From contig JALMLS010000473.1 in NCBI GenBank assembly GCA_038496445.1, positions 1-64,000 on the forward strand: a DNA stretch of 64,000 bases, written 5' to 3'. Position numbers and translations under genes: made by a program. Position 1 is the stretch's first letter, and each line of letters begins with the position of its first letter. The stretch comes from Trichosphaerium sp. ATCC 40318 (lineage: Eukaryota; Protista; Tubulinea). Below are positions 41,573-53,205 of the stretch, one piece after another. Under the pieces are notes generated by a model. It ran no database searches and had not been told where the DNA came from. It saw nothing but the letters and a program-made list of their open reading frames with translations.

Positions 41573-43286
41573 TTATTCAGTTTTCTCAAAGTCAACAACA
41601 TACAGTGCAGGCCTTTCATGAGTAGAGACAGCAGCATCTATAATATACAATCTTCCGCGGAAGTAAGCCAAACCCTTTATAGTCTTGAACTTATGTGAGA
41701 GTTTCAATTTAACAACATTGAAAGGAGGTTTGTTGTAAATTTTAAAAACATCTTCAAGTGATGCTACATAAACAACACTACCTCTTCCATCCATTGTTAT
41801 AAATCTGGGTATGCTTTTAAGGAACTGGGTATTTTCTCTCCTTGTGTTTTTTAATGTAGAGACATATCCGTCTTCAAGACGTCTAATACCTCCGTTCAGA
41901 GTATCTGCGATATAAAGTGAAGTCTTATCTTCGTCAAACTACAGTAACAAAAAGTATAAGTCTAATAATCCTCTATAGTCAAAGTATATATATCAAGCGT
42001 ATAGCTTAACCAGACATAGACAAAAATTAAACTGGTGAAAGCAACAATCGAAAAGAAATGTCAACCATAAACGCTGAGAATATTTTAAGAATTGTTTTTC
42101 TCAAATGAGTCGCTAAGTGCATACTTGGACATCCTGAGGCCAATGAAATCTTGAATTAAGTGCATCGCCATCGCCTGTACCGCTATAAGTAGATCCAGCT
42201 ATTATCTCAACACGCTTCTTGTCAACAACTAGTTTTCTTATGCAGTTATTATGAGTGTCTGCAACATAAATATTGCCATTGTTGTCAACGTCTATACCAG
42301 ATGGGCGGTTAAAAGTAGCTTCATCAAAGCTTCCGCCTGTATACTTTGCATTACCAACTAATTACACATTACTGGAAGTAAAACTACAAGAGGAAAAACA
42401 CAAACTGTAAAAATCGACTTACCTTTTCCAGCAATAGCATCAAAACAATTATCTTTCTTGTTGAATTTCACAACAGATACTTTCGTTAATGAGTATATTG
42501 TATGGTCTGAGGAAACAGCAATACAGCCGGTAGGGTATATATTAAGGTCTCTAGTACCAGTAGGCTTATAGACAATCTAAAGAAAGAAAAAAAGTTAAGA
42601 AATTTATAAGAATTGTTTGGCGCATGTACTTACCTCTGTTTTCATTGTTTCCAAGTCCACACGCCAAAACCCATAACCGTCATTGATGATAAGCTACATC
42701 AACAAAAATAAGGCACTTCAAAACACTCTGCTTATGGAAAAACGTGAAACCAACAAAACTACTGACGACGTTTCAAAGAAAACAAAAGCAACTTTCGGAT
42801 GAACTTTCTACATTACACCACTAATTGGGAATATGCTTACCGCGCCACTGTAGTCTATACCCATTCCATAGAATGTTCCCCATTTGATTTCTTCATTGTC
42901 AGAATCTAGAGGGCCTGTTAAACATGACATTGTTTTTGGGTATAATTCAAAACAGCGCCTACGTGGCGTGTAAACGAAAACCGGGTTTCAAGTGAATTTG
43001 GAGCAATTTGAGCTAAAAAAGTTGGAACAGTTATTTACCTACGCAATTGGCTTTCTTTACGCTGTAATTACATGAGAGGTCCTAAGAGAGTTAATTTAAA
43101 CGATATTTAATTAAAGAAACTTTAAAATGTTCTAAACGATACCCTCCAGTACTGTGTATCCTCTACTAGTGCTTTTAGCGGTTTTGAAGTACGGTAGAGC
43201 CAAAGAACGTCTCTTGCAGATAAGAAGTTGACAATATCGACTATAACATCGTAAGGAATGTTCTCAAAGTGGCTTAGTTGCGCCAT
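41573..43286 (-). CDS. F-box + NHL-repeat beta-propeller protein (multi-exon)
   Basis: IPYDVIVDIVNFL..YWR F-box; ATFNRPSGIDVDNNGNIYVADTHNNCIRK and LYIADTLNGGIRR NHL repeats. Confidence 0.8.
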
Positions 43287-44182
43287 GTCTTGTTTTGATA
43301 TGTATTATTGTGGGGGACTCGTTTTTCACTGAAGGTTTTTACAAGTTTTTGGTGTAAATTGAAAAAAAACACGTGACCGAACATTGAAGGAATAAGAATT
43401 GTTGTAACTGAGAGGATACAACAAGGGGAGTGGTATGTGTAAGTTGGGTCTATCTATTTTATATACATAAGTTCTAGGTCGATATATAGCGTTACATCTC
43501 GGACTCTCACGTAGCCAGTTGAGTCTCGGATCATTAACAATTGTACAAATGCCCTACAAATTGAAATTTTATAGTTGCTTTCGCCTTTGTGAAAGCCGGC
43601 GTGTAGTTGCGGTCCTTGGCGTGATTACAACAAGCGACAGTGTACAGCTACTGGAGGATTGTTACTATGAACTACCACTACTGGTTACGGCTGAGTGGGA
43701 GGGACCAACTCGCAGCCTACAAGCAGAATTCACCAAAATCGTTGCAGATTCTTTTTAACCAACATGTTCTTTTGACATTGCGATCTTGCAAATCCCTGTT
43801 GCTCTGTGCTCAAGGTTCTTTCAGCGACATATGGGCTCCTCCAAAAATATCGTCTAGTAGTAGTTATCTGGTTGGCTGAAAGAGGAACTGGGGTACATCA
43901 CAATAAAAAAAGCAACTTCCGCTTCATGAATAGCAAACAATTAAGCAGTAACTGCTAATCTATTGTTTCTGTTTATTGCCAGTTTGCCTTGGTTAATACA
44001 GGTGCAGATGTTCTTATTTCGTCTTTGAACTGTATAATTGAATACACAGCCATGAAGCACAACTTAACGAAACGTGTTAACATTGAGTTTTATACAACAA
44101 TTATTCTTGATTTTCGTTACCTGCGGTTGGTGCTCGTAACGTTATGGATTGACCATCAATTACGCTCATTTATCGTGCTTTA

Positions 44183-44501
44183 CTATGTGTTATAGCGAGG
44201 ATGATGAACTTCATCTACAAGGCGTATGTTTTGTGTTTTGAACCTTCAGAGCAACAACAAAAAAAAAAAAGGTCAACAATTTCCTTTTTGTTTAATGTAA
44301 GTTCCCATTCAAAATTGTATTCGCAGTGTTTGCTTACCAACTAGTATCAGGACAGTGGCAGCTGCATCCACAGCAACATAAATTCCAGGTGTGGTCTCCA
44401 TTGTCACTGTTGGCACTCTCACAGCAATCGCAATCACAGCAACAACAGCCTTCGCAGCCACCTTCGTCACCGCCACCTTCGTCACCGCCACCTTCACACA
44501 T
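44183..44501 (-). CDS. Small Cys-rich protein, paralog A (exon 2 frameshifted; pseudogene or assembly error)
   Basis: MCEGGGDEGGGDEGGCEGCCCCDCDCC..LCCCGCSCHCPD, with the same intron position as paralog B. Confidence 0.55.
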
Positions 44502-44877
44502 TTGTCTCTTCTACAATATAAAGTTATTACTATAATTTCTGGTCACTCTTCTTGTGTTTCTATAAAATCAGAAGCTAAATAGCTTAAGGGCCCGTAATAC
44601 AACCAAAAAAGGACTTTACATGTTACAATTGTGTTACACAAAAGCAACCATTAAGTCATGCTTCTTTTCATAGCTCCAACAGCTACATTCACAGCAACTG
44701 TAACCGTTTCGCAATACAATAAGCATTGCATAACACTGGCAATCGACTCCACGCAAGTTGTAGTGCTATTTTGGTAAAAAACACGTGGGCAATAACACAA
44801 AAATGAACAAACGAAGTTCTCAATGTATGAAGTTTAACCTTACGAGTTCTAATGGTCAATAATTAGATACTGAAGAG

Positions 44878-46125
44878 ATGGATAGTTCTTCGTTAAATCT
44901 CCTTGGCATTCCTATGGAGCTTCAACTTGATATTATGGATATGGACTCAGAGGTAAATGTCAAGTGGTGTTTATTATCGAAACAGGCTGCAACAACCACA
45001 AGGTATGATGCTGATTTGAAAAAACATGGTAAATGGACGACAATTAGTTTCAGCACTACATACCATAAGAATTGGAGACATGGTAAACTCCATGGAGCTT
45101 ATAAAGAGTGGTATGAAGGTTTATTGATGCAAGATAGCCACTATGTCAATGGTGAGCTTGATGGAGAGTACAAAACATGGAGTTATATAGGAAATGGTGA
45201 TGCAAGAAAAGAAATAGTATGTTGTTTTCTAGGCGGTAAACTTCATGGTGAATACAAGCTGTACAACCGCTATGGCAACTTGCTAAAGTGGTGTCATTAC
45301 GTTAATGGTAGAAGGCACGGGGAGTATAAGAAATTTTACAATAGTTTTGATGCGGATCTGGTTAAACAATGTTTTTATAAAAATGGTGTACTTGATGGAG
45401 AGTATTCAACTTGGCACCAGCATCCTTGGAGTTATAAAGAACATTGTTTTTATGTAAATGGTGAACTAGATGGGGAGTATAAGTGCTGGTATGACGACGA
45501 ACAGCAGATAAAGGCACATCGATACTATGTCAATTGTAAACCACATGGTGAGTTCAAATCTTGGTTTCCTAGTGGTCAATTGGCATTAAACCGTTTTTAT
45601 GTGCATGGTAAAGCGGAGGGTGTTGTTAAAAGGTGGGATAGAGATGGCAACTTAGTTAAAAGCACTAACTATGTTAATGGCAAAAGAGAAGGAGAGTGCA
45701 AGAGTTGGCGTAGTAATGGTCAAGTACATGAGGTAAGTTACTATGTCAATGGTAAAGAAGAGGGAGAATACAAGAAATGGTATTGGAATGGTCAATTAGC
45801 GAAGCATTGCAACTATGTCAATGGTAAACAAGAAGGGGAGTACTTGAAATGGAATGTCAATGGTCAATTAGCAAAGCACTGGTATTATGTCAATGGTGAA
45901 TTACATGGAAAGAAAATGACTTGGAAGTATAAGGCTTGCAGCCAGTACAACTATTTCAAAGGCAGAAAAAACGGCGACCATAAGAAATGGTATAGCAATG
46001 GCCAATTGGCAAAGCATTGTTACTATATCAATGGAAAACGAGAAGGAGACTATTTGGAATGGGACACCTATGGTCAACTAACAAAGCACTGCTATTATGT
46101 CAATGGCGAAACCAAAGATGTTTGA
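44878..46125 (+). CDS. F-box-like + MORN-variant (YwqK-like) repeat protein, intronless
   Basis: LLGIPMELQLDIM, followed by about 14 YVNGKxxGEYKxWYxNGQL repeats. Confidence 0.88.
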   Translation: MDSSSLNLLGIPMELQLDIMDMDSEVNVKWCLLSKQAATTTRYDADLKKHGKWTTISFSTTYHKNWRHGKLHGAYKEWYEGLLMQDSHYVNGELDGEYKTWSYIGNGDARKEIVCCFLGGKLHGEYKLYNRYGNLLKWCHYVNGRRHGEYKKFYNSFDADLVKQCFYKNGVLDGEYSTWHQHPWSYKEHCFYVNGELDGEYKCWYDDEQQIKAHRYYVNCKPHGEFKSWFPSGQLALNRFYVHGKAEGVVKRWDRDGNLVKSTNYVNGKREGECKSWRSNGQVHEVSYYVNGKEEGEYKKWYWNGQLAKHCNYVNGKQEGEYLKWNVNGQLAKHWYYVNGELHGKKMTWKYKACSQYNYFKGRKNGDHKKWYSNGQLAKHCYYINGKREGDYLEWDTYGQLTKHCYYVNGETKDV

Positions 46126-46795
46126 TTGTATCAATATATGAAGCATGCCATACGATGCTACTTTAATATGGATTTGATGTTGGCTCTCTTATGCTAAGTG
46201 GTTGGTATTATATGCATTCATATCACGTGTTAACACATAGTTTATCAAACATCTCATTGACTCTCATGAAATCAAAGTAATTCGTACAAAACATATCAGC
46301 ATCTACTTTGTGGTAAAAAATAATTCTGTGGTACTTGTATGTTTACATGATAACCGTTCAATTGTACAGAATTCAAGTTTTTTTATCACCTTGATACCGC
46401 AAAAGGGACATCTGGACGTGTGCGTATTCTCACCACATAATCTTCCATCTAGGAGGTACGTATGCCATGTAAACCATACTAAAAATGTAAAATAAACAAA
46501 TATGGTTTGGGTTTAATATCACGTGGTCCACTTCATGATTTTTCTGCACAGCAAGCCACCAATAACGTGAATTACATTTCAAACGTTTGGTCTTATACTT
46601 GAATTAAAGCAATTAGCGAATCTTTATTTCTAGCTTGTTGAGCGTGTCATTGATTCTTCCTAAAACTATACATTTGAACCAACATCTCAATGAAACCTTG
46701 TTATCCATGAGTATTCCACAAAAAAGAATGTTTCTTACTGTTACCTACAGGTTGTGTTGTGTGAAGCTATGGAGACTGCACCAATATGATTTATG

Positions 46796-47074
46796 TTATT
46801 TGAATGAGGGATTACGATCATCTGTCATTTGTTGCTTCGTGTAATTACGAGGAGGATTATTACCATCATCTACTATACGTTGTCTTTCTTCCAATCTCGC
46901 ACTTTGTGCATTTATGTTACTTGAACCTTCGCAACAACAACATAACCAAAACAATATTCCGCTTTTTTATTAGACTGTAAGTCCTCTGAACTTTAGGGAT
47001 GATGTAGCTTACCAAATAGGATCACAGCAGCAATCACAACCGCCACAGGCACCACAGTCACAGCCTTCACACAT
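46796..47074 (-). CDS. Small Cys-rich protein, paralog B (2 exons)
   Basis: MCEGCDCGACGGCDCCCDPIC/GILFWLCCCCEGSSNINAQSARLEERQRIVDD..SFK*. Confidence 0.7.
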
Positions 47075-47817
47075 TCTTCACGTCTACGATATGAACTTCT
47101 TGCAGTGATTGCCTGGCCGCTCTTATTGTTGGGTTTGCTGTTAAATGAGATGCTAAATGGCTTAATCATGCAGTATTTAAGTGAAAAAACCCAAAAATGG
47201 ATTTTGCATGATGCATACTTGACATTACGTTATTGCTTGTGTGCTCATTGAGTATACTTGTACCGAATGTGTAAATCAAAAGCAGTTATATACAAACTAA
47301 AAACAATCGCACGTGCGTTCCAAAGAACTTTCCTAGATATTTTAGACTATTAGTAAAGTGCTAAACAAGCGTGTGCAAAGCGATGGCTAAAGGAAAAACA
47401 TTCCGGATCTTTGGTACTCGAGTGGATTTGAGTGCACATTCAACTAACAAAAAAATTTGTTAGTCATTTACGTGTAACGTTACATTATCACTTGTAGCAA
47501 AGTAGAAACAAATGGTAACTCGCTTGCAACCAAAAACAATTGTACATGGGTTCCTAGAGTCCTACAAAGTGTTGTACAAAACGATTAGAATCCCGAAAAT
47601 GTTTGTAGTTTTTTCTCAAAAGGTAATCACAACACTTTGGGTGTGCTAGCAAAATAATTAAAAAACCCATGTCATTGAACAGAAAGGCATTGATGGATAT
47701 TGAAGAGAATTAAAAACGTAGAAGAATATACGGAAAATTTTGAACTTAGCAATTTTATTATACACATGATACTCGATTAACTTGTTGTCTATTCAAAGCT
47801 ATCTTCTTCAGTTCCTT

Positions 47818-48790
47818 TTAATCCCATCCAAGAATCCAAAGGCAAGCACAGTCAAAGCCACTATTCAAAGATAGGTTGGATTCTACCTGTTGAATACAAA
47901 ATACAAAACTATTAGGATCAGATAGCTTCTCTTGTGTTTTGTCATCTAAATATTGCACAACAAGCCGCTTATCATTTTTCTCTATGTCACTTATACTAGG
48001 GATACTATCTTTATGTATGCTGCCACGAAATCTATCAATATAGGCAACCTGATGATGTATCATGTACTTCAAAGAACGAACTGTACTTTTTGCCATACAA
48101 CCAGAGCAATACCGTTTCCCTTCCCATTCAAATACTCCCTTCCCCAAGCTACATGTCACACATACAAAAGGAGTGAACGCTTCTCTGTGGTTAGTATGTC
48201 TACTACAAACACTTTTATCATTAACACTTGCAGCAGCTATCGTGAGACCAGTTTGCAGGGGATTGGGGACATAAATAGCCATACACGTGCTACAGTAAAT
48301 AGATTTTGGCCAAGTCCAGTCATCCAACATTTTATCATCATTGGCAAACTCATCAAAGTCAGCAATAGGATTAATGCCCAAAGTGGGCGCGTCAGGTGAT
48401 GACAGACCTTCATAAATAGATCTAAAGGATAAAACATTGTTGAGGTTCTTATTGGTGCAAAAGACTTTGTAATTGCCTTTCCTTATCACTTGGAGTAGTT
48501 TTAGATATGTTTGACGCTCTGGGTTGAGTATTTGAAGGAACGCGATTTCTTTTAGTTTATCACGTGCGCAAGTCGGTATGGACGATATACATCGATAGAT
48601 ATGTTTGTTTGTAGCTTGTAAATGTGCCACAGCTGGTGCTTCGTCTAATAGAACCAAGTTTACGATATCGTATAACATATCATAGTTCAAGTCGTCTAAG
48701 AATGAACTCGTGACCTCATACTCGATTGGTTGTATTTCCCTTGTAGTTTTTAATGTAATGAGTTTGCAGTGCGTTGTTTGATTTGTCGGT
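47818..48790 (-). CDS. Intronless ORF with an F-box-like N-terminus and Cys-rich (CxxC) motifs; true start uncertain, LTR element inserted at its 5' end
   Basis: FLDDLNYDMLYDIVNLV; YCSTC, VCSRH, CVTC and YCSGC. The ORF-track start lies inside the LTR. Confidence 0.6.
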
Positions 48791-48795
48791 ATACC

Positions 48796-48999
48796 TGAAA
48801 CGTTAAAGGGCACACGAAAGATGAGAATACGTGTAAGAGAGACGTGGCCTTAGTTGTAGGATAGTAGCGTAATTTATTAGTGACATACGTAATACATTCA
48901 GAGAATACATTTGTGTATTTCGTCAAAGTTCACAATGAATATCTTCGTGGAAATACTTGGAAAGAATGCATACTGAACATGGTGACGTTGCACGTTACA
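48796..48999 (-). repeat. 3' LTR
   Basis: Identical by eye to 50487-50690, and preceded by the polypurine tract at 49000-49008. Confidence 0.92.
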
Positions 49000-49050
49000 T
49001 TTTCCCCCAGGTTAGAATGAAGTCGGTGAAAGATAAACAATCACGTGACT

Positions 49051-49554
49051 TTAGGTGAAAAATGCGTCAAAGTCATCATTGATCATCTTGAGAGCTTGAG
49101 TCAGTCCTTTGAGTCCTTTGGATGACTTGATCAACTTGATAGCCTTGTGACGTTCTCTATGAGTAGAGAACATGTTTATATTTGATTTGAGCTGTTCTTT
49201 GTAAGCGCGAATGTTGGGATACTTGGTGCTTTTGCTGAGAGTATCATACGAATCTTGGAATAACTTTCTTAATGGTTCTTCTTTGTTGTTATTCTTCTTG
49301 TTAGTGTTCTTCTTGTCGATTGTAATCTTCTTAGGTACTATTGTCGGTCTTACCCCCTTGGTTGCATCATTGTTGGTCTTAGATTGCGTTTGTATTGATT
49401 GCTGTTGTGTCTTCTGAGCTGTTGAAGTTACCAATTGATCAACATCAGTGTCTTCAAATATATAAACAGGAGCATCAAATGGTCGTAAATTAGAGGTAAA
49501 ATAAGGTGAGACGTTTAACTGAGATCCAGCTTTCTTGTTTGAGAATAGTGCCAT
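49051..49554 (-). CDS. 167-aa Lys-rich cargo ORF inside the LTR element
   Basis: Open frame in the element's sense orientation. No gag zinc knuckle, protease, RT or integrase motif. Confidence 0.5.
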   Translation of the reverse strand: MALFSNKKAGSQLNVSPYFTSNLRPFDAPVYIFEDTDVDQLVTSTAQKTQQQSIQTQSKTNNDATKGVRPTIVPKKITIDKKNTNKKNNNKEEPLRKLFQDSYDTLSKSTKYPNIRAYKEQLKSNINMFSTHRERHKAIKLIKSSKGLKGLTQALKMINDDFDAFFT

Positions 49555-50486
49555 CGAGTTCTTGAGCGTATATGATAAATTAATCTTAGCGTGGGTCGTA
49601 GTTTCTTCTGTTGAGGAGCACTTGAACTGTCAAATAGATAAACAGAAGTACTAAATGATAGGTTAAAGGTATTTAACTGAGATCCAGATGTCTTAAACCA
49701 TGAAATGTTTGTTTTAAGCGTTTAATGTAAATAGTAGCGCTTGAGTTGAGTTCACCAATAAAGGTGTAATACTGAAAGAATACATCACCTCTGGTTGCAA
49801 GTCAGTTGAAATGTATTTAGTAATATGATAAAGATATGGGGATGGGGATGTGGATGGGGATGGGGATGGGGATGTGTGTGCTTTTCTTTTGATTTATGTT
49901 TGCTTTGACGGACTAGTATGCCTCAGCTGTCAAAAGACAAATTAGCACAGAGTTGTTTAATATGTGTAACCCATAGTCAGTATTGAAACCGTAATGTCTT
50001 GAGTGTAATTGAAGATATCTTTGGGTATTAGGTTATGAGCCTTTTGTGATCCATGATTGCTTATGAAGCTGCGTGAAATAATTTGAAGTTCAAAATGTTT
50101 GTATATCCTTTATAACCTGAAATATGGAGTATGGACGACAGTGAGCACCATTTGCTATTTGATGACACCTCTCCTTTGAGCATGGACTCCAGTAGCTTTC
50201 TTGTCACTTCAGCGTCCTGATGTGAGCCTGGTGTGTTGTTTGCCGGTATGGACATCAAGAATATGCATTTCATTTCTTAGCTTGAATACTAGCACATGAT
50301 CATAAATTATAAAAGGACATGAATTGTTGCAGCATGGCTGCTTTATCGACCATATGATTGGAATAGCGCTGGCTGGTGATAATCCAGCGCATGCTGTTAT
50401 TTAAGTGATCCATTAAAAACTATCGTAATACATCGTGGTCATGAAGGTTGTGCAGTGTAAGTTCAAAATCTGTGTATGTCGCCAAA

Positions 50487-50690
50487 TGAAACGTTAAAGG
50501 GCACACGAAAGATGAGAATACGTGTAAGAGAGACGTGGCCTTAGTTGTAGGATAGTAGCGTAATTTATTAGTGACATACGTAATACATTCAGAGAATACA
50601 TTTGTGTATTTCGTCAAAGTTCACAATGAATATCTTCGTGGAAATACTTGGAAAGAATGCATACTGAACATGGTGACGTTGCACGTTACA
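50487..50690 (-). repeat. 5' LTR
   Basis: TGTAACG...CGTTTCA with an internal AATAAA, followed by the PBS TTTGGCGACATAC. Confidence 0.92.
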
Positions 50691-50892
50691 ATACCGCTGT
50701 TTACTTTTTATTTGGGTTTGCACCGTTCTTATGGAGACCTTTTGGACAACATTTTTGCAGAAAACAGCGCGTTTTTAGTCAATCGTGGCTCTGTTCAATT
50801 TCGCGGAAAGTAGTGCAATCATAGTCAGTACGAAGAGTTAAGGGATAATGAAATTACAAAGACTTTGTGAAGATATATTTTGGGTGTACTTT

Positions 50893-51040
50893 AATGTCGA
50901 AAAAAAAGTCGAAAAAATGTCAAAGTGACATTGAACTGTTCGCCACAAAGGGAGACAACTGGGTTATGGTGCTCAGTTGCCGCTAGGCTCTGCCCCCCAA
51001 ACCCCCCCTTGAATGCCTTAACTTTGTATACTAAATAAAT
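50893..51040. repeat. Dispersed ~145-bp structured repeat, copy B
   Basis: Matches 18455-18594. Its left end recurs inverted at about 51099-51118. Confidence 0.85.
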
Positions 51041-51262
51041 TTCGGGGGTCTTTCTAAATAGTTCCTATGGCATAATATAGGATAGTTAGTGTGCCGAATT
51101 TTCGACTTTTTTTTGACAAAGTTCTACATATTTTGTGGCACATGTGCAACTGAGTTACAAATAAACATAACCAAACAATTGATTCATTCACTCGAGCCGT
51201 TTATTTTTAGTGACTTTTAGAAGCTTTCTGAAACCCCTCCCACGTTCTCCAGGTTATCAAAA

Positions 51263-52772
51263 ATGGCGAAAAGATCCCTCGTTGGTTTTGTAAAGCGATT
51301 TGTACGTCCGAAATCACGAAAAGTTGAATCTACACCATTAATGGAGGTAAGCAAGCTTCAGTAAACGTTTATAGCGTAACGCGCATTTTGGTTCCTTTTT
51401 TTTGTACAAAACGCGTTTTGACGCCGTTTTTCATACTAAATAACTGTAGGACACTCTAACAGCGTATTTACCGCCAGAATTAACTGAAAAAGTGGTGACG
51501 TTCCTAAACGCTCACTCTCTTCTTATGTTTTCAACCACATGCAAAGTGTAGTACGTAAAAACCTCATATAAAACCTTTGTGTTTTTTTTTACTAATTTTA
51601 GCTCTGAAGCAACGTTTTTGCTTCAAGCGACGTTATTTGGCGTCAACTCATACAGAACTCTTTTGAAATAGATACAAGCTCTGTACAGAGTACTGTAGAA
51701 TCATGGAAGTCGTATTACAAGAGACTGCGTAAATGTAATGGGATGTATGAGGGTTATTGCACTTACAATGCTCCTTATTTGCATTATCACATGGGTGCTT
51801 TGATTTGTTGTGATGACGTAACAGAACAATGGAGCGGCAACTTTTTTTGGGCTTACTTCACAATATCTAACGGAATTTCTCCATGTAAGGCAAAGTCTTG
51901 TGTCGAACAAAGGAGGCTTGAAACTGAAGAACAGGAGAGATAGTACGAACATTTCGTTTCTTTTTTTTTTCCTTTTTTTTTCTTGTTTTTTTTTCCTTTG
52001 ACTGAACATGTGTTTTGTATTGGAGATTTAATTTATTGTTTAGTATTGTTGAACACCGCTTATGTGAAGGTACAGGTATAAATATACCCACCTATTATGT
52101 CTTGAAATCATTTGGAGAAGGGTCTATAATTATGGGAACTTATTGGGTATCACTATATGCGCCACAATATTTATACTTAGTACACACTGATGTTACACAT
52201 TCACCAGAGCTTTTCTTACAATATCTACATGGTACGTACTAATAGTATAACATGTTTGAGTAATCAAAGCCTACAGTTAAGACCAAGCTCGCAACACTGA
52301 TCTCCATGTGGTTTTAAAATGTGTTACTTGCTTTGTTATTTACTAATTGAGAAATTTCTTTATAGGTGTAGAGTTTAATCAATCACTTGTTTTCAAAGGA
52401 ACTGCCGTCATTGCAGTGGTTGAAGATACAACAGGGCCTAAAAATAGTTATGTGGATTCTAAGCTTGAAGTAACTTCACTCATTCTTGATAAATCTGGTA
52501 GTGTCGATCATTGTGATTACATTGATTATCACTTATCAAATATTACTGCAAGCTATTCAGTAGGTACAACAGAAATACAGTTAAAAGGATATTTTGTGGA
52601 GCGTAATTATAAGGTACTGCAAGAGCATAAAGTTGGTGAGTACGCCACACTTAAACCAACAAACAAACGTCATTTCCTGGTTTTTGAGAATTACTTATTC
52701 TGGATTCGTGGAAGAAAACTATTTGGTTTTAAAGAGAAAGCAGAATGTTGTTTTCTAGAACTAGACATGTAG
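51263..52772 (+). CDS. F-box protein (multi-exon)
   Basis: YLPPELTEKVVTFLNAHSLLMFSTTCK..DVIWRQL..SWKSYY. Confidence 0.75.
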
Positions 52773-53205
52773 ATAAACTAAATAAAAGTGGCAGAATTTG
52801 GCAGTTATTAAGGATATATGTTCTATTGAAGTCCTACGTATTGGTGCAATATAGCTTCTATCGAGCGTTTGAAAGGAGTTGACAAAACCGCCTGCACACA
52901 ATTTGCGATAGCGAGCAGTAAATCAATTGATAGCCCACATCCCTTAAATCCTAATCTTTTTCTGTTCAACATTCCGAGGATTTAAAATTTTTAAATATGT
53001 ATTGCACTTACTTGCATGTTCTTGTTGGCTAGTAAACAACAACATCAAGGGCTGTACTAGAGCCAATAAACGTTGTAGTCTTCCCCTCATTATTTCTTAA
53101 GAAGAGTGTGTAGGGTAGGAGAATGAGAGGTTTCTAATAAATCAGAAATTGGGTAAAAAAGCCTTTGGGTACTTTATTTAATACACCGTTGTATACAAAG
53201 ATTTA

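Larger units (their letters stand above)
48796..50690 (-). mobile_element. Non-autonomous LTR retroelement (TRIM/LARD-like), 1895 bp
   Basis: Identical 204-bp direct repeats with TG..CA ends; ATACC TSD at 48791-95 and 50691-95; PBS TGGCGAC; PPT GGGGGAAAA; no gag or pol. Confidence 0.92.

Noticed and set aside
49835-49875. (GATGGG)n as a telomeric repeat
   Set aside because: It is only about six imperfect units inside the LTR cargo, consistent with an SP-coding microsatellite.
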